Shown: in pieces, positions 12,544 through 32,496 of the stretch
Layout of the letters: each line of letters starts with the position of its first letter
How positions within the stretch are numbered: the first letter of the stretch is position 1
Assembly: GCA_963693365.1 (NCBI GenBank)
Contig: CAVNZM010000014.1
Span: 2,046,001-2,110,000, forward strand
Source: Amoebidium appalachense
Taxonomy: Eukaryota > Protista > Ichthyosporea
Direction: 5' to 3'
Length of the DNA stretch: 64,000 bases
Notes under the pieces: generated by a model
What the model saw: only the letters and a program-made list of their open reading frames with translations
Database searches by the model: none
What the model was told of the DNA's origin: nothing
Made by a program: the position numbers and the translations under genes

Positions 12544-13013
12544 CGCGCGCGTGCGTGCGTGCGCTTGTCGGCGATCTATGGTCTGTGTGTAAACTCAATG
12601 TATACCAATCAGCAGGAGCTAGCATTCTAGAAACTGCAGAAGCAAAAATAATATTAAAAAAAAAAAAAAAAAAAAAAAAGGAAAGAAAGAAAGAAAGAAA
12701 AAAAGCCATCTGCTACAGATAGAAATTGCTGGCATAGAGACACAAGTCAAAAGAAGATGAGGGATCGACGCAGGGAGGAGTGGGTGGGGGGGTGGGTGGG
12801 TGGGTGGCGGGGGGGAGGGGGGAGGGAGGGAGGGAGGGAGATGGTGGTGGTGGGGGGGGGGGGGGGGGGGGGGGGGGAAGGAAGAGAACGAGGGGGGGGG
12901 GGGGGGGGGGGGGAGGGAGGGGGGGAGAGGGGGGGGGGGGGGAAGGCGAGAGAGAGTGAGAGAGAGAGAGAAAGTGTTAAAAGAGAAACAATCTGCTTGG
13001 AGCACAGCCTTTT

Positions 13014-14138
13014 CTATCCGCTCCCTACCCCATGTCTTTTAAGCAGGTGAACCCTCAAATTCTGCAGTGAACTATAAGCGCCATCACACCCAGGTTGTGT
13101 GCATGTGTATGGCCTCTCCTTTGTGTGCCTTTGCATGTGCCGTTTCACATGTTGCGCCGAGACGGATGAATACCCACACCCCGGGACGGTGCATTTGTGT
13201 GGTCTTTCTCCCGTGTGAATCTTCAAGTGGCCCTTCAGCCCCTTTGGGGTGCGAAATTTTGCCGTGCACGCTGGATATGTGCACTGATGTACTCTTTCCC
13301 CATGCACGCTCATGTGTGCGTCTAACAACTTTTCCATGAAAAACGCCTTGTCGCATCCTTCGACCGGGCAAACAAACGGTCTCTGCTCCTCTGGCGTGAG
13401 ACCCGAATGAACTTCGACAACATGTCTGTTCATGCGATATCTTGTTGGGAACCCCTCGTTGCATCCTTCCTCCGGACACACGAATGCACTTTCTCCTGTG
13501 TGCTTACACATGTGCCTGGAAAACTCGAAACGTCTGTTTGTCTTGTACTCGCAACCTGGATGCTCGCAGATAAATTCGTATGTGGTCAAGTGCTTAATCG
13601 TGTGTTTTTTAAGGTTTTTCTCGGTCGCACAAGTAAAATCACACCCGGGGTGTGTGCACTTGAACGGTCTCTCGCCCGTGTGCCGACGCACATGGTCTTC
13701 AAATTTCACCGTAACACTCGTCTCAAAACCACATTCAAACGGGCAACAGAAATAATTACGCGGCTTTTTGGTTTCTTTCTTGTTCGGTGCCTCCACAAAA
13801 ACTGGTTCTACCGGCTTTCTCTTATTAAATCCCGGTATTTCAATCCTGTTTTCGGGGGGTTGATAAGCAGGCATGAACATGGGTACAAGAGCCCCACCCT
13901 GCTCTTCTGGCTCCCCGATCTGTGTTTCATGTTCTGGATACGCCTGGAAAAAACCATCCGTCTCCGTTTTTCCTCCATCCTCCCCTCCAGCTACTACGGG
14001 CACTTCGACAAATCCGCAGCCGTGGCAGTGTGGGCAGGGCTGCCGCTCAACTCGTATCACTCTGGGAGGATTATTTCCATGTTCTTTCCCTTGCCAGCCA
14101 ACGGGGCGGGTGGACTTTGAATGTGTGCGGGTGACCAT
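13014..14138 (-). CDS. C2H2 zinc-finger protein, 8 fingers, N-terminal CPHCHGCG motif, intronless, 374 aa
   Basis: Eight C-x(3-4)-C...H-x(3-4)-H fingers with HTGERPF and HTGERPH linkers; ATG at 14138. Confidence 0.92.
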   Translation of the reverse strand: MVTRTHSKSTRPVGWQGKEHGNNPPRVIRVERQPCPHCHGCGFVEVPVVAGGEDGGKTETDGFFQAYPEHETQIGEPEEQGGALVPMFMPAYQPPENRIEIPGFNKRKPVEPVFVEAPNKKETKKPRNYFCCPFECGFETSVTVKFEDHVRRHTGERPFKCTHPGCDFTCATEKNLKKHTIKHLTTYEFICEHPGCEYKTNRRFEFSRHMCKHTGESAFVCPEEGCNEGFPTRYRMNRHVVEVHSGLTPEEQRPFVCPVEGCDKAFFMEKLLDAHMSVHGERVHQCTYPACTAKFRTPKGLKGHLKIHTGERPHKCTVPGCGYSSVSAQHVKRHMQRHTKERPYTCTQPGCDGAYSSLQNLRVHLLKRHGVGSG

Positions 14139-14978
14139 CCTTGCTAGAAAAACTGCTTGTCAGCAAAGAACACGTAAAAGGAAAAGTTATGAAGATGTAA
14201 CAATAGTGATGATGTTTGAGCGTGTGTTTTGAATGTGCTTGTGTGCTGGTGTTGGCATACAGCAACGAAGTAAAGAAAGTTGCTTGCCTTTTGGAGTGTA
14301 CTAAAAAAAAAAAAAGAGGTAATTTTGCTGTTGCTTGCATGTATGGGTGTTTTGCATGTGCGTACGTACACACTTGTTGGACTTTTTGGGAGTGCATGAC
14401 TCGACCGAGGGGGGAGCTAATCAAAAAAGCACCAAATTTCATATACAAATTGATCTCTTTCATATTTCAACTTGACAGTTTTTAAAACCCTACGACCGAT
14501 TCAGGGGGGCATACTCCCTAGATTCTCGTTTGTCGGTTACATGATTTTGCGTAAAAAGGTATCTTCGTTTCCTGTGCTGACACGTACTGACTGATTTTTC
14601 CTTCCTTCTTCGCAGCCATCTTTTCCCCGCAGTCTTTTTTCTTCGCAGCCTTCCTTCTTCCCAGCAGTCACTTCGCGTACACAGATAAGCATTGTCATAA
14701 CTAGCGAGACATTTCTGCTGAGGTAGGAAGGAGAATGAGGCATCACCTCAGTAGGTGGTAGTTTCCTGTGCGCGTCTGAGTCAGTTTTGCCCTCAGTTAG
14801 AAACAGTAGCCTTTTTTGCTAACACGCGCTGCACAGTTAGATTATATATACACGCGCATAACTATCAGAGTCAAAGCACACAAAGTGCTGTCTTTTATGA
14901 AAGAGGAATCTGTTTAACACACACTGTTTGGTGAAAGTATACATACCCACATATAACTATCAGAAGCAAACATACAGC

Positions 14979-16360
14979 ATGTTTTCTGCACGGGCACAAG
15001 TTTGGAGCGGGCAGGGGAGGGAGAAGCGTGGGGCAGGGAAGGATCCGGAGACACGCACGAAGCGGCAGGTATGTCCTCACTGCCAAGGGTGTGGATATGT
15101 GGACGTGCCTGTGAGCGGAGAACGGGAAGAGGAAGAGGGCAACACACAAAACGACCAACACGATGTTCGGGAAGAGGGAAATCCTAGCGAGAAGCAAGAG
15201 AGGGAGGAGCCAACGACTGAACAAGTTAACATCAGTAACGATAACGTCAGCGAAGGGCACGCTGAATCTGGTGGGGAGGAGACGGAGGAAGCTTCACTGC
15301 CAGACAGGGACGCCATGGTTATTGACGCACAGCCGGATTTCTCACTCTTTCACTGGAAGCGTACTCCTGGAATAGAGCTACCGAGATCATATCAGCCCCT
15401 CCCAACGGTTGTTGCTGCTCTCGTCAGCAAAGAACCACCAACAGGGAAGGATGCGACTATGAACTGTCCATATGACTGCGGGTATGTGGCAACGAACAAG
15501 CGGAGGTATGAGATACACGTACGCAAGCACACGGGCGAGCGGCCGTTTCCATGTAGCTACGAGGGTGTCAGCGACATTTTTACGATGAAAAATGGGTTCA
15601 GGATGCACATGAAAACCCACACGAAAAAGAAGACATATGTTTGCACGTTCTCGGCTGTGACTTCTTAACTAACGTCAAGGCGGAATTTGAGCTTCATATG
15701 GCACGGCACACAGGGGAGAAACCCTTTGGTTGTTCGCACGAAGGATGCACGGAGAGATTCACTTCCCAGCCCCGGTTAAGAAACCATGTTAGAGAGGTAC
15801 ATTTGAAACTCCCCCCGGAGGAGCTGAAACCCTTCACATGTTTAAAAGAGGGATGTGGAAAGTCGTTTGTGCTGAGGAGATATCTCAGAGAACACGCTGA
15901 AACACATAACGATAGAATATATGCGTGCACGTTTCCAAACTACAATGCCATGTTTCGTACACAGGTTAGTCTGCATAGCCACGAACTAATTCACACGGGA
16001 AACAAGCGGCATAAGTGCATGTTTGCTGGGTGTGATTATGCTGCCACACACAAACATAAGATTACTTTACACATGCGTACCCACACGGGGGATAAGCCCT
16101 ATAAGTGCGAGTATGAAGGATGTGATGCTGCTTTCGCTGCGCGGCATAACATGACTTTGCACATGCGCAGACACCACAACCACGATTGTTGGGCATGGAT
16201 ATTGTCTGAAGGGGTTGCTTGGCTGTGGGGGTTTTTTTTGTTCGGCTGGGTGACTGTTCGTGCGTATGCATGTATCATCCGATGGTGTGTACATAATCAA
16301 GTTATCCACAAGTCTGTACACATAAGTAATTTGAGTGAGAGAAAGAGTGTGAATAATTGA
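14979..16360 (+). pseudogene. Paralogous 8-finger C2H2 gene with a frameshift (pseudogene or sequencing error)
   Basis: Same architecture as 13014-14138: CPHCQGCGYV motif, and an EVH.L.PEE..PF linker between fingers 4 and 5. One-nt frameshift near 15650 inside finger 3. Fingers 2 and 6 have lost a Cys (CSYEGV, CTFPNY). Finger similarity ends near 16180. Confidence 0.8.
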
Positions 16361-16974
16361 GAGAGTGTGAATAATCATGGGGATGAGTGCTTTTTTTTTG
16401 TGCCTTTTTACCCTTGTAACAAAAGTGCTTAGACAAGCTGCTTCAATGCAAGAGCGTCACCTTGTATGTATGTACGTAAATGATAAAAAGACACATAACC
16501 CGTGCACTCCGGATCCCACATGAGAATTTAGTAAACGGCCTTATGCCCGGCGCCGTATTCACACTATTACATACACACATAAACAACAAGTGTATGGATA
16601 ATATATACAGGACGATTCGGAACTCTTTTCGCACAAGTTGTACACGTGCAACGCACTGCAAGAACACAGGCAACATGAATGCATACACGAGGATCACACC
16701 AATCAATTAATTGTGATGTAACTACGCATACAAGCGACACACATGCACTGGCAGAAATCTTTTTGCACATGTGCAATACCGATTCAAGCACACATTCTAA
16801 CAAGACCGTTTATTGCTCTCTAACACAAATCGATCATGAAGTCCAGAAAACATGTGCACACACCTTTTACCGTCAACATAGCCAACATACATGTTCATTC
16901 AATCACGTGCATATGAACGAGCACACGTGCCACATGATCTAGGAGCAACCAGCACATTGTGTTGATGGTGTATA

Positions 16975-19105
16975 TTTTATTTTATCACGTTTTGTTCCCG
17001 GAGGGCCTTTTCAGGCCCTCTAGGGAAACTACCGTCTACCCCACAGCACCGACAGTGCACTAGTTAAGGTGCTATCTATGAGTTCAGCTAAGCTAAACCA
17101 TCCTTCACAACCTAACTATAAGTACACACTTTGCCCAGGGCTACTACCCCAGCCACGCCGGCAGGAGGCTCCAGTCCTCCCCTCCATTCAAAACCTAGCA
17201 ATAAACGTTAACCGAGGGCTCTCATTGGTCGATCTACAGTATTGGGAAGTCCTAAGTGTTGTGTATAGTATTTACGGTGGGTATGGGTGAAGGATGGGGT
17301 GTGGTGGTGGTGGTGGTGGGGGGTTGCTGCCTAACATTATGTGTTGTTGTACGTATGTTGTGGCGATGTTTTTGTGGACTAAAAGGTGGGTTTTACAGGG
17401 CACACTGGGTCTGTGTGTGTTCCGGCAGTCAGAACAGGCTGGCCGGGTGTGTGTGGGGGGGTGTATTTGTTGGTGTCTTGGGTTTTTGGGGAGCCATACT
17501 TTTCTTTCTACGGGTGGTGGGTATATGGTGGTGTTTTTGCATTTTGGGGTGGGTGGGGGGGAGTGTTGTGTTCCGTGGGTGCCAAATTTTTGAAAAGAAA
17601 AAGGACTGCAACTCTACTGTGATTTTTCCTAAGATGGCCCGGGTGGTGGTCTTGGTGGTGCCGGTGGCTGCAAGTAGTGGGCCCACCGATCGTGGGCAGA
17701 ATCCCCGTTCGACCCACTTGATGTCTTCGGGGTCTGGTGGGTCACCGTTGCCTCCTATCCAGTTTATCCATGCACATTGGTCTACCACCGTGGCTGCCGT
17801 GTGGTGGTGCTGTGCCGTGGGGGTGTTTGGATGACGAGTGTGCAGGACGTTGTGGATGCAGGCTGTGATGGCCGTGGTCAGGGTGGGGACCTCCCCGGCA
17901 TGGGCCGGGCAGGCCCAGAGGTGGGTGGTCACGGTCTCAGGGTGCTGGCTGCACCGGGGGCATGTGGGCTGTGTAACGACGGTGGGGTGATCTCGGTGTA
18001 GCCGTGTCATGGTAGGCAGGGTGCCCATGGCCAGGGACAGGCTACGAATGTTGCCTCTGACGGCCCCGATGGTTGCCTGTGCAGGCCCCTTGTTGAGCTT
18101 GAGGGGGTTCCGTTCGGCTGGGAGCAGTCTGGGGTCGGCTAGTATGGACATAGCCTTGGTCTTGCCGGCCATGTCGGTGAGGAAGTTTGTTCAACCGGTT
18201 CAGTGTACCGGGAATGTTGCCGGGGATGCGGTGGCCTTGTTGTCGTAGGAAATATTTGGGGCCGGAGGTAGGGGGGGGGGGGGGGGGGGGGGAGGGGGGG
18301 GGGGCTCTTCCTGCATTGGCTGCCTTGTCTGCCTCGTTATTCCGTTGGCCGTACCGTTAGGTGTTGGATTGGTGCCCCTTCACCCACGATACCTGTACAG
18401 AGCCTGGTTGCCGTAGGGAGAGTTGGTCTCGTACGTCAGCCCATTCCTTATGTGGGGTAACTTAAGCTTACGTCGAGGGGGTGTGGAGGGGTCCATGTTT
18501 GCCCCCCATCGGTCGACTACTCCGAGGTTATCGAGCTTGATGTGGATGGGGGTGGTGGTGGGGGTGAGCAGGAGGGCTAGTAGTACCCCTGTGAGTTCGG
18601 CTTGGGTGGATGATAGGGCCGTATTGAGCCTGGTCTTGGCCGCCACTGGTGGTGCTTTCCGGTCCGGGGTGTCCAGCACAGCCCCGGCTCCGGCCTGGGC
18701 TATTCTCCTGCCCGGGTGGATGAGGCTGCCGTCCGTATAAACGGTGATCGGTTGGTCTGGGGGGATCAGGGTGATTTGCTGCTGCCACTCGTCATAGGTG
18801 GCCTGGGGCACCAAGTCGGTGTAGATGAGCCTACGGGGAGTGGGTGGGCTCGGCAGGTCAGCCGGGTGGGCCGTGCACTTGTGTCCTGGTGGTGACCCTA
18901 CCGGTGGTGGCTGCTGGGGGGGTGGTGGGCCGGGGAGGTTCCCCGGCAAGGGTGTGGCCTCCTCGTTGAGGTGGAGCATCTGGGGTGATGCCTGTTGGTG
19001 TGGGGGAAGATGCCGCCGAAAATGGTGTATCTTCCTCCACTGCTCGGCCGGATCGGAGCCATCCTTCAGTGCGATGACGTGTTGATGGTGTATGATACAT
19101 CCAAC
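16975..19105 (-). mobile_element. 3' fragment of a non-LTR retrotransposon: RNase H, CCHC zinc knuckle and structured 3' UTR
   Basis: RNase H motifs ITVYTDGS, AGAG, SSTQAELTGVLLAL, IKLDNL and NEADKAA (about 18340-18315). CPRCSQHPETVTTHLWAC knuckle. Broken by frameshifts and a G-run near 18272-18305. A-rich 3' end near 16975. Confidence 0.85.
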
Positions 19106-19489
19106 TCTGAGTCCAAAGGGTATATTCACGTTTCAACACAGGTAGTATCAAAGAGCAGTTTTTCACTCCGAAGATTTCAAGGAATATTAAATGTGAAAGA
19201 TGCGACAGGTACGTGCTGCGGTATAGCATACAAGTGTAGTAAGTAATCAACATTGATAACAACTCGAACTGAATAACTGCAGAACGTATGTGGGTGCTCG
19301 GTGTGTATGTGTTGTATGCCACGGTTTTTTTTTTTTTTTTTGGGGGGGGGGGGGAAGGGGGGGGGGGGGGGGACAAAGGGGCCGGGCTGGGGGGGGGGGG
19401 GGGGGGGGGGGGGAGGATCAAGTTTTCTCTGGGAAGTATCTACATAAACGAAGGGTAAACATAAGAAGAATTGCATGATGTCATACTCG

Positions 19490-20925
<1,436 letters not shown>

Positions 20926-21887
20926 TACAAGCTAGCTTGTTTTGGGCGCCAGATGTTGTGATTTGCATATCGAAGATCCCCCTAAACTCTGAGCTGTAAA
21001 GATGTGTGATATGTGGGTGTACCCGTGCCTTTACTACGGGTCGTTTGTACATATATGGCTCTCCACAGAAGTCTCATAAATACAATGAAGTACATAGAAA
21101 GCATGTGAAAAAGCACACCGCATTTTTCTATACGTATAGCCAGGTACTTCCAATCCCTGAAAAGAACCCGGCCTGTTGTACCGCGAGTGTACGTTACAGC
21201 AGGGCCGCCGTACATGCGTATGTACGCTGATGGAAAATATCAAATAATGTTCCACTTGGTAAAACAAAAACATACTGAACTTGAAGGAACTATGATCTGT
21301 TGATAACTACATTTCTTTACAAAGCCACATATATGCACATTGAGAGAGTTGAGTAAAGTAGAGGTTGGCAGACAACTGCCGTAGTGCAGGCAATACGCAC
21401 GCTCATGGGGCATGGGCATGACACACGAATTCGAAAGCGCCACGGTAGAGTTTGGGAGGACTCATGTAGAGACATATGATTGGTTCACTAAATTCGTATG
21501 TGCCTGATTGGTGGTTATTGGGATAACGGTTACGTAGGGCGCGTAGCTGTGTGCGTGGGATTGGTACGTGGCACTGCGTGCCACAGCGTGCGAGTGTTTT
21601 TCAATGTGAGGTGATGAACGCACCATGCACATGCACAAAAGGGAGCGCACAGGGAGCGCACTGGAGCGCACTAGGTGCATGCACCTGCAGCAGAAAAAGG
21701 GTATTTGAACGTCATTTAGCCTTCTAAAGACATATTGGAACACTAAGTAGTAGCCGTTTAACGCATTCTAGAAGACCTTTTGAGACTCTCTTTGAGCTGC
21801 CTCTGAGCATGAGCTGGTACTTGGACTAGTATAAACGTGGGATGCAAAAGAGTAAACAAGAGGAAGAAAAGACAAAGTTTCACTAAT

Positions 21888-28702
<6,815 letters not shown>

Positions 28703-29106
28703 TGTGCCCCTAAACACACATTATGAAAACTCGTAGACAACTATCCAAATATTAACTATATAATCTGGAAATATTAACTACCCTCCTACGTATGTTGTTT
28801 TTGTAGCCAAAACACTAAGGCAACACCAAAACTGGTTGAAAACTCCCCAAATATATATATCTTGTAGACTTAAGTCTAGTAACTGTTTTGACACAACACA
28901 TCAACTTAAAGTACTTTTGCTGAAAACGTCCGCGATTACGGCCGTTGTCCGTGCATACCGAGCCGGAATACAAGTGCGTACTGTACATTTTTGGGGGGGG
29001 GATCTGCTGTTTGTTAACGACATGTAGGTGAGCTGTGATGAGTTGTCGGCACGTCCCCTCCCTCCACCCCCCGTCCCCCCCTCCACCCCCCTCTTTTTTT
29101 TTTTGC

Positions 29107-29140
<34 letters not shown>

Positions 29141-29164
29141 ACCCGTTTTTTTTTTTTTTTTTTT

Positions 29165-29211
<47 letters not shown>

Positions 29212-29414
29212 GGGTATGAGGCTACATCGGGGTCAAAATACCCCCCCCCCCCCCCCCCCTAAAATGTTGTCGCGACCTTGTTTTTTTGGGGGGGGGTGAG
29301 GGTCGGGTGTAACCATATATGGCAATGAATCAAGGGGGGGGGGGGGGGGGTAGAAAACCCCCTGAACTTTGCTGATAACTGAAAAAAGTGGATTGGCTAA
29401 CAGTCACAGACGCG

Positions 29415-29891
29415 TGTTACTAGACTTGTGCTCTGATGATATGATTGGCTCCACACTTTCAGTTTTCCCCAGAGAAAGCATGTACATGACCACGTGCCAT
29501 TCACATGTGTGTATACGCTCTTTTTGCATACCACTCTTCATCCCGGTAGCCGGACATCATGGACATGTACACGGTGAGACACGGTGACTACAAATGCTAT
29601 GGTCACTTTGAGTGCTGTCTCCCTGCGGCTCTACAAAGTACTACCTGGTATGTCGCCCCACAGCGTAGTAAGGCCGGGCCCGGCCACTTAGGTAAGCCAG
29701 CGGGTACATAGCCCTCGGAGACTACACGGTGACTGAGTGACTGGGTGTGAGTCACCGTGTGACCTTTTCCCCCGAGCCGGCTGCCACTTAGGCCTTTCAA
29801 GTCGCCATCACCTCTTTTCGTACCGTTGAAATTCAAACGGTAGTTCTTAGGTGCTTTCTCCTGTACCCCTAGACTCCTCTGCAACGTAACA
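29415..29891. mobile_element. Possible solo LTR or other structured insertion
   Basis: Bounded by TGTTAC...GTAACA (TG...CA with a 6-bp inverted repeat) and rich in internal hairpins. No target-site duplication found. Confidence 0.3.
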
Positions 29892-31427
29892 CTCCCCCCC
29901 CCCCTCCCCTCCCCTCCTTTCCACCCTTTCATGCCACCCTCACGCTTACCGTTTGTTAGGTGCACACACCAGAAAGGGATACACAGTTACAGTGGGGAAA
30001 AGAGGGAGCACAGAAAGGAACGAGAGACTACACTTTCAGGAATGGACAGAGAGAGGCAGTCAGGTTGAAGTTGGTGACGCACACTCTTAAATTCCGGCTC
30101 CACAACCCCTTCAACCGCCCAAGCGCATACACGCGCCGTGCACACACACAAACACACACGCGCACACGCACGCACGCACGCACGCACGCACACGCACATA
30201 CGCACACACGCTCTCACATAGACACAAGAAAGTGCTTGCATTGTGCAACAGCCACCTTTGTAACAGTTTTTTTTATAACTTTTTTGAGATAACCCGTATC
30301 TTTTGGAACAAAACCGGCGGAACATAAACCAGGAAGAATAAACAGAAGATAGGTAGAAAATGTGGCAAGAAGGTGGCCTTGAGCAAGTGTGAGGTGTAGT
30401 GTGCCGGTAAGATTGGCGGGCGGTGAGCATGCGCACTGCAAGGAGCAGACGAAGCATTTACCATATTGGATAAGTGAGCATGTAGGACTTTAGCCCACAG
30501 CCCAAAACTCAGAACTGTGGTTAGATCATCACTTCAAAAAATTTTTTTTTAAAAAAAAAGACCAAACTCTCAAAATATCATTCTCGTGCAAAGGAGCTAC
30601 CAAGGGCAATATTTGTTCACGAGCCTCCCTGCTACTAATTCGAAGTGAAGGATTCCTCACGTATGTTAAAACGCAGGAAATGTTATTCATGGTAAACTGT
30701 CGCCTAGCACTGATGTAGCCACATGCTCATCTACCATGGCCATGTCAAGGAACATAAACCCATGCCATCTGATTACTTTACTGATGGGCATTGCATGCCG
30801 AGATGCGAAAATGGAACCAGGTAAAAACATACTTTACCAAGTCGAGGACACCAAAGAACAAGAATGTTGTAGAATTTGGGGTGGAATGCCGAGGGGGCCA
30901 GGACAACAACGCCATCCATGTGACGTGGTTACCAAGCAGCAACCAGTGGCGAGTGCAATGGGCATGCTATGGGCCATGCATGGCTATGGAGCAAAACATC
31001 GCTTTGGCATGCAGATGCTGGATAGGCTACTAGACAGCTAGAAGGGATTGTGTATCTGGATGCCAGGTCATCTATGAACATGCGTAAAAAGAAGGGCACG
31101 GCACAGATGCACAGAACCCTCCATTGCAACAGACTATTTCTCCCGTGCTGTTTACTACAGAGCACGTGTACATATGTCACTTGAAGGGCCTTGACTCAGA
31201 GTTTGTTCAACATGCCCATGGTTGTAAACTATCCTGGTAAATCCGGTAATACCCCGATATCATTCGCCATACTTAGCGAAGAGGCACATGTACATGTGGA
31301 ACTAATGTTGAGTGAATAGTGCGTAAACCCCTTAAGTAAATGAACTGAAAAAGGAAAACGAAATGAACTTACAAGAATGTGTGATGCCCAAGTTACTATG
31401 AATCAATGAAGAAAAAGAAGGGGAGGG

Positions 31428-31461
<34 letters not shown>

Positions 31462-31906
31462 TGTTCAGGGCTTGCTTCCTCCGTGGTTTGGAAAATTCCT
31501 TCCATTTCGCAAACCCTGGAGCTTTAGTACCTGCCAAAAAAGGCTATAAGTGAAGCATGCGATTTCCGCGCAGTTTGATTGGTGGGATCCACTTGGAGTG
31601 ACTGAAGGTACAAAACTGTTTTACTTCGGGAGCGGCCACAAAAGCCAGTTTCTTGTTTGTCTTGTTTTGTGTTTTTTCTTGTGCAATTGTGTTTGGGGAG
31701 CGGGCTTTACGTTGTATATAGTTAGGTGCAAAGACGCGCGCACATGAAAGGGGTTTTGGTAGGTAGTGATGATTAAGATACCTCTTTTTGGCAACGCAGG
31801 GTGTTGGCTTGGTGTGATTCGAAAGGGTCGCAAAGGACATGCACACATTTCCAGTCGTGCACTGTGACACCTCTACCCAGTAACATAAACAGATCAGGGG
31901 AAGAGA

Positions 31907-32383
31907 ATGGGCCTTCTGACTGTGGGGAAACCATTGCCGTGGTCGGAGGCTAAGAAACATGCAGATCATGTTCGTTCCAATGGCATCAAGCAGTTTCTTA
32001 ACATCTACAACAGACTGAAGGACCGTCATAATGACCAGCTGAAATTTGGAGAGGAGGTGAGTCTTACTTTCTTCTGATGTCTGCTATATTGTTCCTCATG
32101 TTCTACTCCCTGACAGTTAATATGCATATCCTCCCTCGACTGCCATTTACCCCTGCTGTTTTACATTGAACCTGATCATTTCTTTTGCTGCTCTTCCCGG
32201 TTCAATTCATCCCTTTTGTTAACGCTTTTCGAATTAGGGGTATTGTTCGTGTTTGGTGAGTGCGCTATGCGTCAGACGACTGAAACAGCTTACTTACATG
32301 ACCAATATGTAAGTGCTTCAAGCCCATACGGAAAAAATGCGTGCCCCCCTCCCCCCCCCCCTACCCCCCCTCCCCCCCCCCCC

Positions 32384-32420
<37 letters not shown>

Positions 32421-32460
32421 GGCTTCCCACACACACACACTTCCCCCCCCCACCTCCCCC

Positions 32461-32496
<36 letters not shown>

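Noticed and set aside
13407-14120. 237-aa plus-strand ORF, and the 227-aa ORF at 60808-61491
   Set aside because: Both are antisense shadows of zinc-finger genes.
29714-29730. Group I intron R-like motif (ctcggagactac)
   Set aside because: No matching S, P or Q elements, and no host gene.
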